Assembly (NCBI RefSeq): GCF_006345805.1 | Contig: NC_042998.1 | Location: 182,342,001 to 182,406,000, forward strand | Length of the DNA: 64,000 bases | DNA from: Octopus sinensis | Taxonomy: Eukaryota | Direction: 5' to 3' | Shown here: positions 1 through 12,849 of the stretch, piece by piece | Numbering within the stretch: position 1 is the stretch's first letter | Layout of the letters: the number at the start of each line of letters is the position of its first letter | Notes under the pieces: model-generated | The model's input: only the letters and a program-made list of their open reading frames with translations | Databases searched by the model: none | What the model was told of the DNA's origin: nothing | Translations under genes and position numbers: made by a program

Positions 1-178
1 GAGGTGTTTCAACATTGACAAATTTTCAGTTCGAATTTTTATTATCATTACAATTTGGATTTGTTTTAATAAAATATAGATATTTCCAAATAATTATGAG
101 AATATATCTTTATATTTATTGCTTACTAATCTGAATAAGAACAGCAGTAACCCGGGCAACGCCGGGCCATTCAGCTAG
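1..178 (+). mobile_element. Helitron 3' end (non-autonomous), 5' part probably outside the window
   Basis: Subterminal hairpin CCCGG-GCAACG-CCGGG (151-166) followed by CTAG (175-178) and then T, the canonical Helitron 3' terminus; nearly the same hairpin occurs in the element at 22597-22988. Confidence 0.65.
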
Positions 179-511
179 TATATTACACACACACATTTTG
201 TATTCATTCATACATACATACGCAGATACATTCACACATGCATGCACATGTATACATGTATGTGTGTGCACGTGTGTTTGTTTTTCTCTTCATGATTGTC
301 CTGATGAGCTCGTGAAGAGCAGCTGAAAAGTACAACTGCTGCAATCAAATTCGCATTAGGAATATAGTTATCCTGTCTAGTAGGCGTTGAGCTCTCTAGC
401 AAGGTTTGGGGGTTATTCTTGTCATAAACAAAAAGTATAATTATCATATATATGTGTGTAACTAATACATCCACATCCACACACACACACATATATATAT
501 GCATATATGTG

Positions 512-557
<46 letters not shown>

Positions 558-762
558 TATATATACATTCCATACAAGAGCAAACAATTCACGAGAAAAA
601 TAATTCCCGAAAACTTAATTTGCTAACATATTATTAATTCTGTTATTATCTGGTGTGTCTATTTAAAAAAATGATAAAAACAGAATCAATAATATAGGCG
701 ATTGCAGGCCCAAGAAAAGCATCAAATAGCTGAAGGATTAAAATTTATCAAGGGACATACTA

Positions 763-1117
763 AGTATGTCTGCTTGCTGGAAATAACAGTCAAAACTCTT
801 AATTAAATCGCCAAGATACATTGATGGTAACTTCCTCACTGGTGGCTGTAATTGATTTCGGCGCAAAACGAATCATTTGCGGCGCAGATTTCAAAACGAT
901 AGGTTGGGGGTCTCCATCATTGTAACGCATGCCGAAAAAGCCAAGGCGATAGTTTTGCCAGTGCAGAAACCTGTCCACGCGAGTCCAAATACTTAAATGT
1001 ACGTTAGGAAATTTTATTAACCTGATCTGCCTTCGGTTGATTTCTGTAGATATCATCAGTGTATTTTGGCGATTTATATAAGAGTTTTGACTGTAATTTC
1101 CAGCAGGTAGACATACT
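763..1117. mobile_element. MITE/foldback element with ~64-bp terminal inverted repeats
   Basis: 763-826 (AGTATGTCTGCTTGCTGGAAATAACAGTCAAAACTCTT...AAATCGCCAAGATACATTGATG) matches the reverse complement of 1054-1117 with about 6-7 differences; no clear TSD. Confidence 0.65.
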
Positions 1118-1206
1118 GATCCTACCATACTGTGTAGTCGATGAAAAAAAGTCCATGCACGAAATAAAAATACAAGACGGCGACAATTTATCCATCGCTC
1201 TGTGCA

Positions 1207-1287
<81 letters not shown>

Positions 1288-1324
1288 TTACAGTTTTACT
1301 TTTATGTATTTCAGCCACATGTAG

Positions 1325-1775
1325 TGGCCATACCGGAATACCACTATGAGAGTTGAGTTGGTTCGAGCTTCGCTGTTGGTTTGATGCTACGAGGCGACAA
1401 TAACTGGAAGCAGTTGTCCAGTTATGGACCATTGTCCACAATTATGGTCGCCACATAGCGCCAAATGCTCTGTATATGATCAATATGGTTTCCTATTTTT
1501 GTAGTAAATGGTCTCAGAATTCAACAAGCCAGTTGCTTGCATATTAGTGATCTGAACTCAAAATGATGGATCATTACTGATGTGGATTCCCAGGTCATGC
1601 ACCGATTGTGATTCGGTGATAGCGGAAAGCTTGGAATTTTTCAACAATGGATTGTGTTCTTTTCTTCAAATGATTTTTATGTTGCGTTCAGGTCTTTCTG
1701 TAGTTTCGCATTAAAATCCGGAGGGTTAACTGTCTGTGATACTTTTGTATTGTCAGCAAAGCGGTGTAAGTCTAC
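1325..1775 (-). pseudogene. Decayed CR1/Jockey-type LINE RT fragment
   Basis: Minus-strand translation RFADNTKVSQTV...KLQKDLNA (FADD-like motif), then VHDLGIHISND and ILRPF, typical of the CR1 post-RT region; stops and frameshifts present. Confidence 0.7.
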
Positions 1776-2097
1776 ATATGTATTATGTGTGTGTGTGTGT
1801 GCGCGCATGCGAGCACGCGTATGCGTACGTATGTGTAGCAATGTCTTGTCAATGAAAACAACCTTATTCATTGAGTTTTGTGATGATTAATCATACGGTA
1901 AAATTTATACATATGTTACCATGTGGGTTGCGATGGTGGAAGACTTGGCTAGCTTCTTCAATGAATGCATGTTGATTAACGATATAGGGAGGTTATGAAT
2001 GCATGTTGATTAACGATATAGTGAGGTTTTTATTGAAACCCTCAATGACCAGAAAGGAAACTATTTATTGTTTTGAATATTACAGTTAGAATCTGAT

Positions 2098-2290
2098 GCT
2101 TAGCGGTATTTCGTCTGTCGTTACGTTCTGAGTTAAATTCTGCCGAGGTTGACTTTGCCTTTCATCCTTTCGGGGTCGATAAATAAAGTACCAGTTTCGC
2201 ACTGGGGTCGATGTAATCGACTTAATCCCTTTGTCTGTCCTTGTTTGTCCCCTCTATGTTTAGCTCCTTGTGGGCAGTAAAGAAATATAT
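2098..2290 (+). mobile_element. 5'-truncated tRNA-derived SINE (Meta-like core, Tx1-type tail)
   Basis: Core GAGGTTGACTTTGCCTTTCATCCTTTCGGGGTCGATAA; flanked by 20-bp TSD ATATTACAGTTAGAATCTGA. Confidence 0.85.
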
Positions 2291-2572
2291 ATTACAGTTA
2301 GAATCTGAAATGCATTCGGGATAGAAAGGAATAGAGGTAAGAGTTGTGCTTTTGTGATTGTTTAGTTGGTGGCATTGACAAGCGATTAAGGAAACATGAG
2401 TATAGTAATTAAGGTTAGAAGAGTAGGTGTCTAAGTTGGTAAACAGATGCAGAAAGCTGTGTTGTGTGAAAGTATAATTACTCTGAAGAAAATTGTTTTC
2501 TGAAATTGCCGAAAATTAATGAACTGATAATGTGCATTGTAACAAATACCGGTCCTGTTTTCTATTTCTTAC

Positions 2573-2607
2573 TGTTAATAGCGCTAGCAACCATTTTGTT
2601 GATAACG
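2573..2607 (-). CDS. Candidate small exon (35 nt) of a hypothetical minus-strand gene
   Basis: Acceptor TTTCTTTCTGTCTATAG, donor ACA|GTAAGA; open with phase-1 entry (S)LSTKWLLALLT. No homology recognised. Confidence 0.2.
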
Positions 2608-2624
2608 CTATAGACAGAAAGAAA

Positions 2625-2798
2625 TGATTTATCAACATAAACAAAAGCTCCAGCACTTACAAGTATGTAAAACATTCAGAAAATAGCATTACAAGGTAGT
2701 ATACGCATATTACGAAGAGTACAGTCAATAAAAGTAAAACTCAACAAGGCTTGCAGAGCTGCACTCAGTAATGCAGTGAACGTTCTCAATAAATGCCA

Positions 2799-2808
<10 letters not shown>
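2625..2808 (+). pseudogene. Extreme 3' fragment of an R4/Dong-like RLE non-LTR element
   Basis: NIQKIALQGSIRILRRVQSI resembles YNIQKIALLGTAYILRRTLSIQ at 49.5 kb; 3' UTR CAAGGC..CAGAGCTGC.CTC.GTA is shared; followed by (AAT)n. Confidence 0.7.
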
Positions 2809-3252
<444 letters not shown>

Positions 3253-3254
3253 AT

Positions 3255-4290
3255 CTTTTCTACTATAAGCACAAGACCATGAAATTTTGTGGGGAGGGGA
3301 TTAGTTGATTACATCGACCCCAGCGTTTCACTGGTACTTAATTTATCAACCCCGAAAGGATGATCTTGGCGGAATTTGAACTCAGAACGTAAAAACGGAC
3401 AAAATATCATTAAGCATTTAGCCCGGTGTGCTAACGATTCTGCCAGCTCGTCGCCGAAATTTTGGATGAAAGGCAAAGTCGATCTCGGCGGAATATGAAC
3501 TCAGAACGTAGCGGCGGGCGAAATGCCGCTAAACATTTCGTCCAGCGCACTAACAATTCTGCCAGCTCACCAATAATAATAATAATAATTTCTATTAAAA
3601 GGCACAAGGCCTGAAACTTTGTGGGGGGGGGGTTACAAGTCGATTACATCAACCCCAGTGCTCAACTTGTACTTAATTTATCGACCCCGAAAAGATGAAA
3701 GGCAAAGTCGACCTCAGCGGAATTTGAACTCAGAACGTAGCGACAGGCGAAATACCGCTAAGCATTTCGCCCGGCGTGCTAACGATTCTGTCAGCTCGTC
3801 GCCTTATTAACAATAATAATAATGATCCTTTCTACTGTAGGCACAAGGCCTGAAATTGGATGGGGGACTAGTTGATTACATCAGTCCCAGTGCGTAACTA
3901 GTACTTATTTCATCGATCCCAAAAGGATGAAAAGCAAAGTCGACTTCGGCAGGATTTGAACTCAGAATATAGCGGCTGCGAAATATCGTTAAGCATTTCG
4001 TCCAGCGCTCGCCTTATTATTATTAATATCATTAATAGTCATCGACCCCAGTGTTTTACTGGTGTTTAATTTTTCGACCCCGGAAGGATGAAAGACAAAG
4101 TATTTTTAGGGGAAAGGATAAGTCAATGACATCGACTCCACTGCTCAACTGGTACTTATTTTAGCAAGCTCCGAAAGGCAAAGTTGAACATGGTTGAATT
4201 TCAATTCAGAATGAAAAGAGCTGGAAGTAATACCATTATGCATTTTGTCCGACGCGCTGACGATACTGCCAGATCGTCGAATAACTATAT
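3255..4290 (-). mobile_element. Tandem cluster of at least 5 SINE copies/fragments (Meta-like core, TTA-ending tail)
   Basis: Repeated AAAGGATGAAAGGCAAAGTCGACCTCGGCGGAATTTGAACTCAGAACG, all in the same orientation and partly separated by short (AAT)n. Confidence 0.85.
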
Positions 4291-4327
4291 GATAATTGAG
4301 CGGATACCAAAGAAATTGAAATATATC

Positions 4328-4561
4328 TATTTCTTTACTGCCCACAAGGGGCTAAACACAGAGAGGACAAACAAGGACAGACAAACGGATTAAGTCGATT
4401 ACATCGACCCCAGTGCGTAACTGGTACTTATTTAATCGACCCCGAAAGGATGAAAGGCAAAGTCGACCTCGGCGGAATTTGAACTCAGAACGTAGCGACA
4501 GACGAAATACCGCTAAGCATTTCGCCCGGCGCGCTAACGTTTCTGCCAGGTCGACGCCTTC
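4328..4561 (-). mobile_element. Full-length SINE (Meta-like core, Tx1-type tail)
   Basis: tRNA-like head, core and AGCCCCTTGTGGGCAGTAAAGAAATA tail; 16-bp TSD GAAATTGAAATATATC. Confidence 0.9.
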
Positions 4562-4759
4562 GAAATTGAAATATATCAGCACCTAGACGGAGATATGTGG
4601 GTGATAAAGGCGACAATGAATCCAGAGGTTATTGGTGTACTTGACACAACATCTGAATTGTTACCTAAGAGGTTAAATGGTGTTGGAATTGAGACTCGCA
4701 TTGTCGATCATCAGTCTCATAGTAATAATAATTATCTTTGACATAGACACAAAGTCAAT

Positions 4760-5082
4760 GAAGACGCGTAGCTTAGTGGTTAGGGGTATTCGGCTCATCA
4801 TCGTAAGGTTGTGAGATCAATTCCCGGCGACACGTTGTGTCCTTGAACAAGACACTTTATTTCGCGTTGCTCCAGTTCATTCAGCTGGCAAAAATGTGTA
4901 GTATCTGTATTTCAAAGGGCCAACCTTTTCGCATTCTGTGTCACGCTGAATCTCCCCGAGAACTACGCTGAGGGTACTCGTGTGTGTGAATGCTCAGTCA
5001 CATGCACGTTAATTTCTCGAGCAGGCTGTTCCGTTGATCGGTTCAACTGGAACCCTCGTCGTCGTAACCGACGGAATGCCAG
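4760..5082 (+). mobile_element. tRNA-derived SINE with CORE-like segment (head B + tail X)
   Basis: A-box-like TAGCTTAGTGG, B-box-like GATCAATTCC, TGTGTCCTTGAACAAGACACTT core, tail CCCTCGTCGTCGTAACCGACGG. Confidence 0.8.
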
Positions 5083-5424
5083 TTAGACATAAAGCCTCAA
5101 GGTTTGTTTTCTTTTTCTTTAAGGAGTAGTGTATAGTCGATCATATGTATCTCCATTACTTGAAGAATAGTTATTTTTATCGACCTCTGAAATATAAAAA
5201 GCTAAGTTGGCCTCTGTGGGATTTGAACACAGAACGTAAAGAGTTGTAACTGCATAATGATTTCTAACATAAGCGCGGTACTGAACTCGTTGACCAAGGA
5301 AAAATATAATGTAAAGTTGGTCCCGACGGGAATTGAATGTAGATTGTAAAGAGAGGAAATTAAACATTGTAAGGAATTTATTACTGATTTGGCCACTCCA
5401 CTACAATAATATAAGGTTACTTAC

Positions 5425-5508
5425 ATTTGTACGAACCAGAAATGTGTAGGAGTCGGGTGTTGTCAAACAATTTGATCCCATACATGCAGAAATTAAATTT
5501 TAACACAA
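5425..5508 (-). CDS. Candidate exon (84 nt, phase 1-1)
   Basis: Acceptor CCTTTTTATTTCAG, donor AAT|GTAAGT; only one frame open: VLKFNFCMYGIKLFDNTRLLHISGSYK. Confidence 0.3.
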
Positions 5509-5749
5509 CTGAAATAAAAAGGATTTATGATCTCAAGGGATGGATGGACGAAACTGAATGCTGCAAAATATTTTGTATGGCCCTGATGATAAAAATTTCA
5601 AAGCTATACTTTTGATTCGTCACTTTATCATTTTATCAGTAGTAATGAATATTTTTTCTAAAATGGGTACGAGGATATCAATTTAGTGAAATTTGGATTT
5701 CAGCTCTTTCAACTGGTATTTTACTTTATTGACCTTTGAAGCAGAGGCA

Positions 5750-6280
5750 AGGGTTCTAATTGATCCAAGCAACAGAACAGCCTGCCCGGGAAATTAAAGT
5801 ATAAGTGGTCAAACCTCCACAGACCCGTGTGCCCTTAACGTAGTTCTCGGGAAGATTCAGCGTGACACACAATGTTTACGATGCTGGTCTTCTGAAATAC
5901 AGGTACTACTCAATTTTGCGAGTTGAGTAGACCGGAGCAACAAGAAATAAAGTGTCTTGCTCAAGGGCACAACGCGCCACCGGGAACCGAACTCACGACC
6001 TTATGATCGGGAGCCGAACACCTTAACCTATTTCTTTACTACCCACAAGGGGCTAAACACAGAGAGGAAAAACAAGGACAGACAAATGCATTAAATCGAT
6101 TATATCAACCCCAGTGCCAACTGGTACTTATTTAATCGACCCCGAAAGGATGAAAGGCAAAGTTGACCTCGGAGGATTTTGAACTCAGAACGTAGCGGCA
6201 GATGAAATACGACTACGCATTTCGCCCGGCGTGCTAACGTTTCTGCCAGCTCGCCGAACACCTTAACCAAACCAGAACAT
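5750..6280 (-). mobile_element. CORE-like SINE with a nested Meta-like SINE (~6029-6252)
   Basis: Host SINE is split within its tRNA head; nested copy flanked by 16-bp TSD GCCGAACACCTTAACC. Confidence 0.85.
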
Positions 6281-6419
6281 GCAGTTTTAAAATCTAAATC
6301 ATATTGTTAAAGTAGGCTCCATATTACATGTATGCACTCTCTTACAAACTGGCTCTCATAAACTTGAATGATTTGTATTAAAATCTACTGTTATTTGCAC
6401 TTATTTATATATGTTACGC

Positions 6420-6802
6420 GGAGGCGCAATGGCCCAGTGGTTAGGGTAGCGGACTCGCGGTCGTAGGATCGCGGTTTCGATTCCCAGACCGGGCGTTGTG
6501 AGTGTTTATCGAGCGAAAACACCTAAAAGCTCCACGAGGCTCCGGCAGGGATGGTGGTGATCCCTGCTGTACTCTTTCACCACAACTTCTTTCACTCCTA
6601 CTTCCTGTTTTGTTGTACCTGTATTTCAAAGGGCCGGCCTTGTCACTCTCTGTGTCACGCTGAATATCCCCGAGAACTACGTTAAGGGTACACGTGTTTG
6701 TGGAGTGCTCAGCCACTTACACGTTAATTTCACGAGCTGGCTGTTCCGTTGATCGGATCAACCGGAACCCTCGTCGTCGTAATCGACGGAGTGCTTCCAT
6801 CC
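6420..6802 (+). mobile_element. tRNA-derived SINE, head A + tail X
   Basis: GGAGGCGCAATGGCCCAGTGGTTAGG...GGTTTCGATTCCC head; 3' half matches the tail of the 4760 and 19383 SINEs; 11-bp TSD ATATGTTACGC. Confidence 0.9.
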
Positions 6803-7706
6803 ATATGTTACGCAAGCATTGCATACCTTGCATTCACGCAGGACTCGACTCCGCATTCAAAATTATAAAGCAAAGTTGACTTAGATGCGATCTGGATTTA
6901 GAATATAAAGGAACGAAACTAAAGACTGAACAACATTTCTGGCGCTCTATTAATTCTACTCCAACAAAAATTACAACAATAACATGTAACTTAAATTGAA
7001 GGTTTTAAGATAGGAGAAAGGAACATAGTCGATTTATACATGGTATATATCAGGTATATATTTTATTGACCTCATAAGATAAAAAGACAATATCAAACCC
7101 AGCAGGATTTGATCTCAGAACGTACAGAGACGCTACTATATATTGTAAAACATTCTGTCCGGTAATCTCACGTGTCATTTCCTCATATTTATATAGGCAG
7201 GAGAGCAAGGAAAGGAAAAAGATATTGTGTAGCGTTAGCAAATGGTAACCCCCGGAATGAAGAAAAGCAAATTTGGCTACAGCAGTATTTGAACTCAGAA
7301 CGTAAAAGAGTACCTTGTTCAACACTTTAGTACTTCGGCTACTTCGCTCTCCGTAGGTAACAATTCTGTTTATTCATACAAATTTAGAGTGGGGAGTAAA
7401 CTTATACTGATAACGGTATAAGTTTATACTGATTGAAAAGAAGAAGAAGAAGAAGATGATGACGACGACGACGACGACGACGACGACGATGATGATGATG
7501 ATGATGATGATGATGGTGAAGTGGGTGACCATGATGACGGCGATGAAAGAAATGGGGGCTCATTATAACGAACATATCAGCGAATGTTAATATTCCAGAG
7601 AACGGTTATGGTTTGCTTTGTTTAATGATACAGTGCGCTCAGCCAGAATTTGAAAGGTGCAGGGTTCGATTCCTTGGAACGGTTTGCTGACCACTTTTTA
7701 AATAAG

Positions 7707-8020
7707 ACGGCGAGTTGGCAGAATCGTTAGCATGCCGGGCAAAATGCGTAGCCGTATTTCGTCTGCTGTTACGTTCTGAGTTCAAATTCCGCCGAAGTTG
7801 ACTTTGCCTCTCTGTGTTTAGCCCCTTGTGGGTAGTAAATAAATAGGTATTTCGTTTGCCGTTACGTTCTGAGTTCAAATTATGCCAACGTCGACTTTGT
7901 CTTTCATCCTTTCGCGGTCGATAGAAAAAGTACCAGTTGAGCACTGGAATCGATTACGTGTAATCTACTTACTCTTTTCCCGAATTTGCTGGACTTGTGC
8001 CAAAATTTGAAACCAATATT
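7707..8020 (+). mobile_element. Internally deleted Meta-like SINE adjoining or nested in a second copy
   Basis: GACTTTGCC joined directly to TCTCTGTGTTTAGCCCCTTGTGGG; a second body resumes at ~7850. Confidence 0.75.
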
Positions 8021-8671
8021 CTAAAGAATGGATATGTTTGTTTTTCCTTATATATAAGGAGTGTTTTCCTTTTCATTGAAGAGGAGGGACAAAAATGAAT
8101 AAAATTCCTAACAAGCTTTAATCTTACTTCTGAAACAAGAACAAAAGCAAAGTTAATTCGCTTGTACCGTAATATTCAATATTGTTGTTCGCTAGTTAAC
8201 TTCATGATGTCTCGACTGCATATTTGCAATGAGAAGGCATACGTAAAATAAAATTCTTGTCGTTATTTTCGGATACGGAGTACAATTCCACAGCTGTAGG
8301 TTTCACACGTCTATTTAGATGCAAGAATGTCACGTTTATCTGAAAGTTGTTAAGAATCACTGTAAGGAGATACAAGTCGTGATGAAAATGGTGGATATTC
8401 CTACAACATTCCGAAATGTAGTAATATATGTTTCATGATCGCATGGCTGCATGTATGATATCCTTCTTCATAAAACGTCAATTTAAAAATACTTTGCCAT
8501 ACAATACAGCCTATCCAGTTACTTTAAACTTGTAGTATCAAACTAACACCAGCCGATGAAATCTTACGATTCCGTTTAGTTTATAATTAACACCAAATAT
8601 TTTATCCCTTATATGTGTGTGTATGTGTATATATTTGTATGTAATGTATATTATGTACACACACACATATG

Positions 8672-8722
<51 letters not shown>

Positions 8723-9490
8723 TATATATATTATATATATATATATATATAATATTGTGTGGTGTGTGTGTGTGTGTGTGTGTATGTATATATATATATG
8801 TGTGTGCATATATATGAGTGCGTGTATATATATATGTATGTATATACATCTATATGTATATCTGCCCATCTTTTGATCAATCGTGTGAATGTATTTACAC
8901 GGGCGCGCGCACGCACACACACACACAACACACACACACACACACACACATACGCACACGCACACACAGGCGTGTACGTGCGTAATTGTGCTTTGGTGTG
9001 CGAGTGCATGAATTCGTGGAGTGAAAAGAATAGCTAAAGAGAGTTTCTCAGGTAGATAGATAAATATAAAAAATAAAACATACATAACACTATTGGAAGG
9101 CTGGCTGTCCAAGTATCGATGACAGTGAACACCACTTTCTGAAATCGGTACGTCACACATTCGTGCCGAAGCATCCACAACCCTCACTGCACAGCGCAAC
9201 GGCATGTATGTATGTATGTATGTATGTGCGTGTGTGTGTGTATGTGTATGTGGTGTTTGCTGAATTTCTCTAGAGAACATTCTTTTTATTGTAGTTAGAT
9301 CGTAGGTGATCCTCTTCTAGCATATTGGATGTCCACTTAGTGGTCATCCCTATTATACGCATGTATTACAATTTTTCTGAATTTTCAGATTTTTCTATAT
9401 GCTAGGCTACCGGTTTTAAATTGATATTAATTAAATTAATATTCAATTTATCACCCTCATTGTTTAAATTATATATATATATATATATAT

Positions 9491-9542
<52 letters not shown>

Positions 9543-9544
<2 letters not shown>

Positions 9545-9741
9545 GCACTAGTCGCCATGATAGATCGTTAGCCAGTACACACATTTTTTTCTCTCCTCGT
9601 TCTCTCCTTGTTTTTTCTGTGTTCCTTTCTGTAGAAGAGCGTAGGCTCGAAACGTAAAAGACTTTTTTCTATTCCTGAGCATTATACTAATACATCTGTT
9701 TGTTTTGTGCACCACCTGTCTTCGTCTTTTGTTTTTTTCGT

Positions 9742-9750
<9 letters not shown>
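9543..9750 (+). mobile_element. Penelope-like pseudo-LTR fragment
   Basis: Contains a hammerhead-like motif (9625-9660) and lies between (TA)n and (CT)n tracts; PLE assignment is inferred from the ribozyme motif. Confidence 0.5.
9625..9660 (+). ncRNA. Minimal type I hammerhead-like motif with A6U variant
   Basis: CTTT-CTGTAGA-A-GAGC(GTAG)GCTC-GAAA-C-GTA-AAAG: stems I and II pair, GUA cleavage triplet, core deviates at position 6. Confidence 0.5.
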
Positions 9751-9819
<69 letters not shown>

Positions 9820-10153
9820 ATCAATATAGGGTGGCAAAAAAAAAGATTTTGTAGAATTTTTTTGCCACCAGCGGCCTAGTGGGAAAAAAATTAAATAGTC
9901 ATAGACTATTAAATAGTCATAGACCATTCTTCTTACTCAAGAATCTGAGGGCCTATGGAAGATTGGCCTGATTTAATTTAATCAGGTTAGTTTACCATTA
10001 AACAGCAGATGAAACGGTGCATCGTATAAGAAATTACAGGGTAAATGTTTTTTAAATTTTCTCCTGTTTACGGAATTGATTTTTATTTGCGGTTGAAGCT
10101 TTGGCTGTTATTTCTAGTGGGTGAATGGCCTATTATGGCCGTTCCTTGATTGT

Positions 10154-10195
<42 letters not shown>

Positions 10196-10514
10196 TATAT
10201 TATATATATATATACATACATATAACGTACATACATACACATATGTATACGTAAGAGGGCTTGTATGTGCTGGTGTGTACCTTTATGTGCACTAGTGAGT
10301 GTATACACAAGTGTCTTTATATGTACATACATGTGTCTTTAGTCTTTTTACCTGCTTAAAGACTTGAATCAGACAAAACTAGCGCATGTGAAAGAGGAAA
10401 TAATTACAAGAATCTAACTGTAGTTGTTTCATATATATGTATGTGTGTGTGTGCGTATGTGTGTGCGTGTGTGTCTGTGCGTGCGTGTATGTGTGTGTTT
10501 GTAAGTATGCTATG

Positions 10515-10890
10515 TCACCGTCGGTGGCGGTTTTATCTCGTATCCGAGTATTTATACTTTTTCTTTGCTGAACGCTTCCGTTATGGTGATGCCGTTAATG
10601 ACACTGTAGACCAATTCTTGCATAGAAGAGTCGATGGCATGAACTGCATGGTAATATTTGTGGAGGACGAAATTGATTTTGTCGAACCTTTCTCTCTTGT
10701 CGTTTGATTTCTTTCTTTTCTCTTCTGGTGGCTTCGAAGTTTTTGGTTCCGATGGTCATGGAACACCGCCACTTAATACGGTCTCAGGCCTGTGTTTCAA
10801 ACGATTTAGGCTCAATTCCGGTGGCTTTCCGTGTTGCTTTGTGTTGGTCTTTTTCCTGAAGTGAGCTCACTGAATAAGACTTGGTATTAT
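10515..10890 (-). pseudogene. 3' fragment of an RTE-clade LINE ORF
   Basis: QVLFSELTSGKR, KATGIEPKSFETQA*DRIKWR, FEATRREK...PCSSCHRLFYARIGLQCH (RTE C-terminal zinc-finger-like motif). Confidence 0.8.
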
Positions 10891-11592
10891 GTAGGTAGGG
10901 GAAAAAATACAAGTTGTACTCTTTTGAAGTATATCTGCTTATTCCAGTAATTCTTATCTTTCCCACCTTTCTTATCTTTTATACTTTTCTTCCACCTCGC
11001 TCTCTCTCTCTCTCTCTCATGACCCGATGACCCTGAAGTTGTTGCTCTTCCATTACTTTCACAAACAGCAGTAACTTTCTTCAGCTGAATACACGTCATT
11101 GATTGGTTAAAATTACCCAAAGACGACAACTTTAACACGAAATAACTTCTAAAATAAAAATTTTGTCAAAAACGTTAAGAGTAAACCGTGTTCTACGTGA
11201 GACATTCAACCAATATCCGAAGTTTCAAACTGTTTAGTTAAAAAAAATTAATTAAAAAATCTGTGACTGAGATTGAAAAGATCCCTAAATGTCTATAAAG
11301 ATACTTTCTCAAGACAAATATCACTTATTTACTTATTTTTGTTGATTCCTTATTTTAAAAATTTGCATTAAAAAATGAATTTAAAAAAAAAATTCAAATG
11401 CCGTTAATGTTGTGATTACTGTAAGCAATAACTCATTAGCTTTTATTCTTGTTAGCTGTAATTACTGAGTAATGAAAATGAAAATTACTGAGTAATTACT
11501 GAGTAATGAAAATGAAACACTCATGTAGATAACAGAGAAGTTTTAGACCTTATCTTATATTGTTATCAAAGTTGCTTCAGCTGTCAACATAC

Positions 11593-11625
11593 CGTGTTTT
11601 CTTTTACACGACATATCCTTCATTT
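11593..11625 (-). CDS. Candidate exon (33 nt, phase 1-1)
   Basis: Acceptor AATGTCTTTTCAG, donor ACG|GTATGT; only the phase-1 frame is open (MKDMSCKRKH). Confidence 0.28.
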
Positions 11626-12489
11626 CTGAAAAGACATTTAAGAAGTTATTTAAGAGATGTTTGTCTTCTATTTCTCGTGCGAAGAGGGACTCCATAGAGG
11701 TTTCTTTCGTTGACCCGGCTCATATTGTTAAATGCTTGAATACAATCTATTCTGAGCAAGATGTCTCGGGAAATGAAGTTTCGAATCAGCTATTTTAACA
11801 GCTTTTATTTCATTAGCTTTTCTTCGAAATTTAGTATATATTTTTTTTTTGCTCGAAATTTTAAATTAATATAACCGGAATACTTTCTGGAAATGGAATC
11901 AAAGTAAATAAATACATAAATGGGTAAATAAAATATAATCCAAATTTGTAATCGAATTGAAGAAAAATTTAATATTTCATTAAATTTCGTTTCGGTTTCA
12001 AAAATTTCATTTCAGACTCCCTACCTGCTGTTTTGTTTTTAAGGAAAAAATATTGGATATATTTCAAAAGGGTTTCTATATTTTTCATTATATATATTTT
12101 TTTAGCTTTCTCCAACGATGTATAACTTTAATTAATATTCTGAATTTCTTTCAATGTTGTCGGTGGAAAATTATGAAAATTGTAAATATTTATTTGGTAA
12201 ATCGATCTTCCGTTAGTTATATATTGAATTGAGATGGCAGCGAAAGAAAATGTCTGAACTGAGACAATTACATCGAAACTTTCTATAGAACGTCATTAGA
12301 AGTATATTTAGCGCAATTAATGGCTTGAACATGTATGTATATGTGAATGGACCTAAGCATGTATGCTTATCTATTTCTGCATATATGAATGTTACATGTA
12401 TTTATGTATATGTATGACTGTGTATAAGGAATCATGGATTTTATACGACTGAAAGTAGCCATTTAATCATACATACATACATACATACA

Positions 12490-12521
<32 letters not shown>

Positions 12522-12692
12522 GATACACACACACACACGCACGCACGCACGCACACACACAAACACACACACACACACACACATATATATACATGCTACG
12601 TACATACATGCATATGTACAAACACATACGTATACAAACACAAGCATATACACACATGGTATATTATATACATGCATACACACATACAGGTA

Positions 12693-12730
<38 letters not shown>

Positions 12731-12849
12731 CATATACCTATATGTATATATATATGTGTGTGTGTGTGTTATGCCATGCATGCATGAGAGTTGATGAATA
12801 CTTTTACACATGTGCTTGTTTTCGTGAATAACTTTCAATCTTACATTCA

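Noticed and set aside
296-335. CTGATGA-GCTC(5 nt)GAGC hammerhead-like start
   Set aside because: GAAA is displaced by 4 nt and there is no NUH with a matching stem I; compatible with chance or heavy decay.
799-1287. 162-aa minus-strand ORF as a gene
   Set aside because: Starts in (TG)n and runs across both arms of an inverted-repeat element; no splice or homology support.
6420-6495. tRNA-like sequences at SINE 5' ends (also ~19635-19703, ~33335-33410)
   Set aside because: A/B boxes are present but run straight into SINE bodies with TSDs; not tRNA genes.
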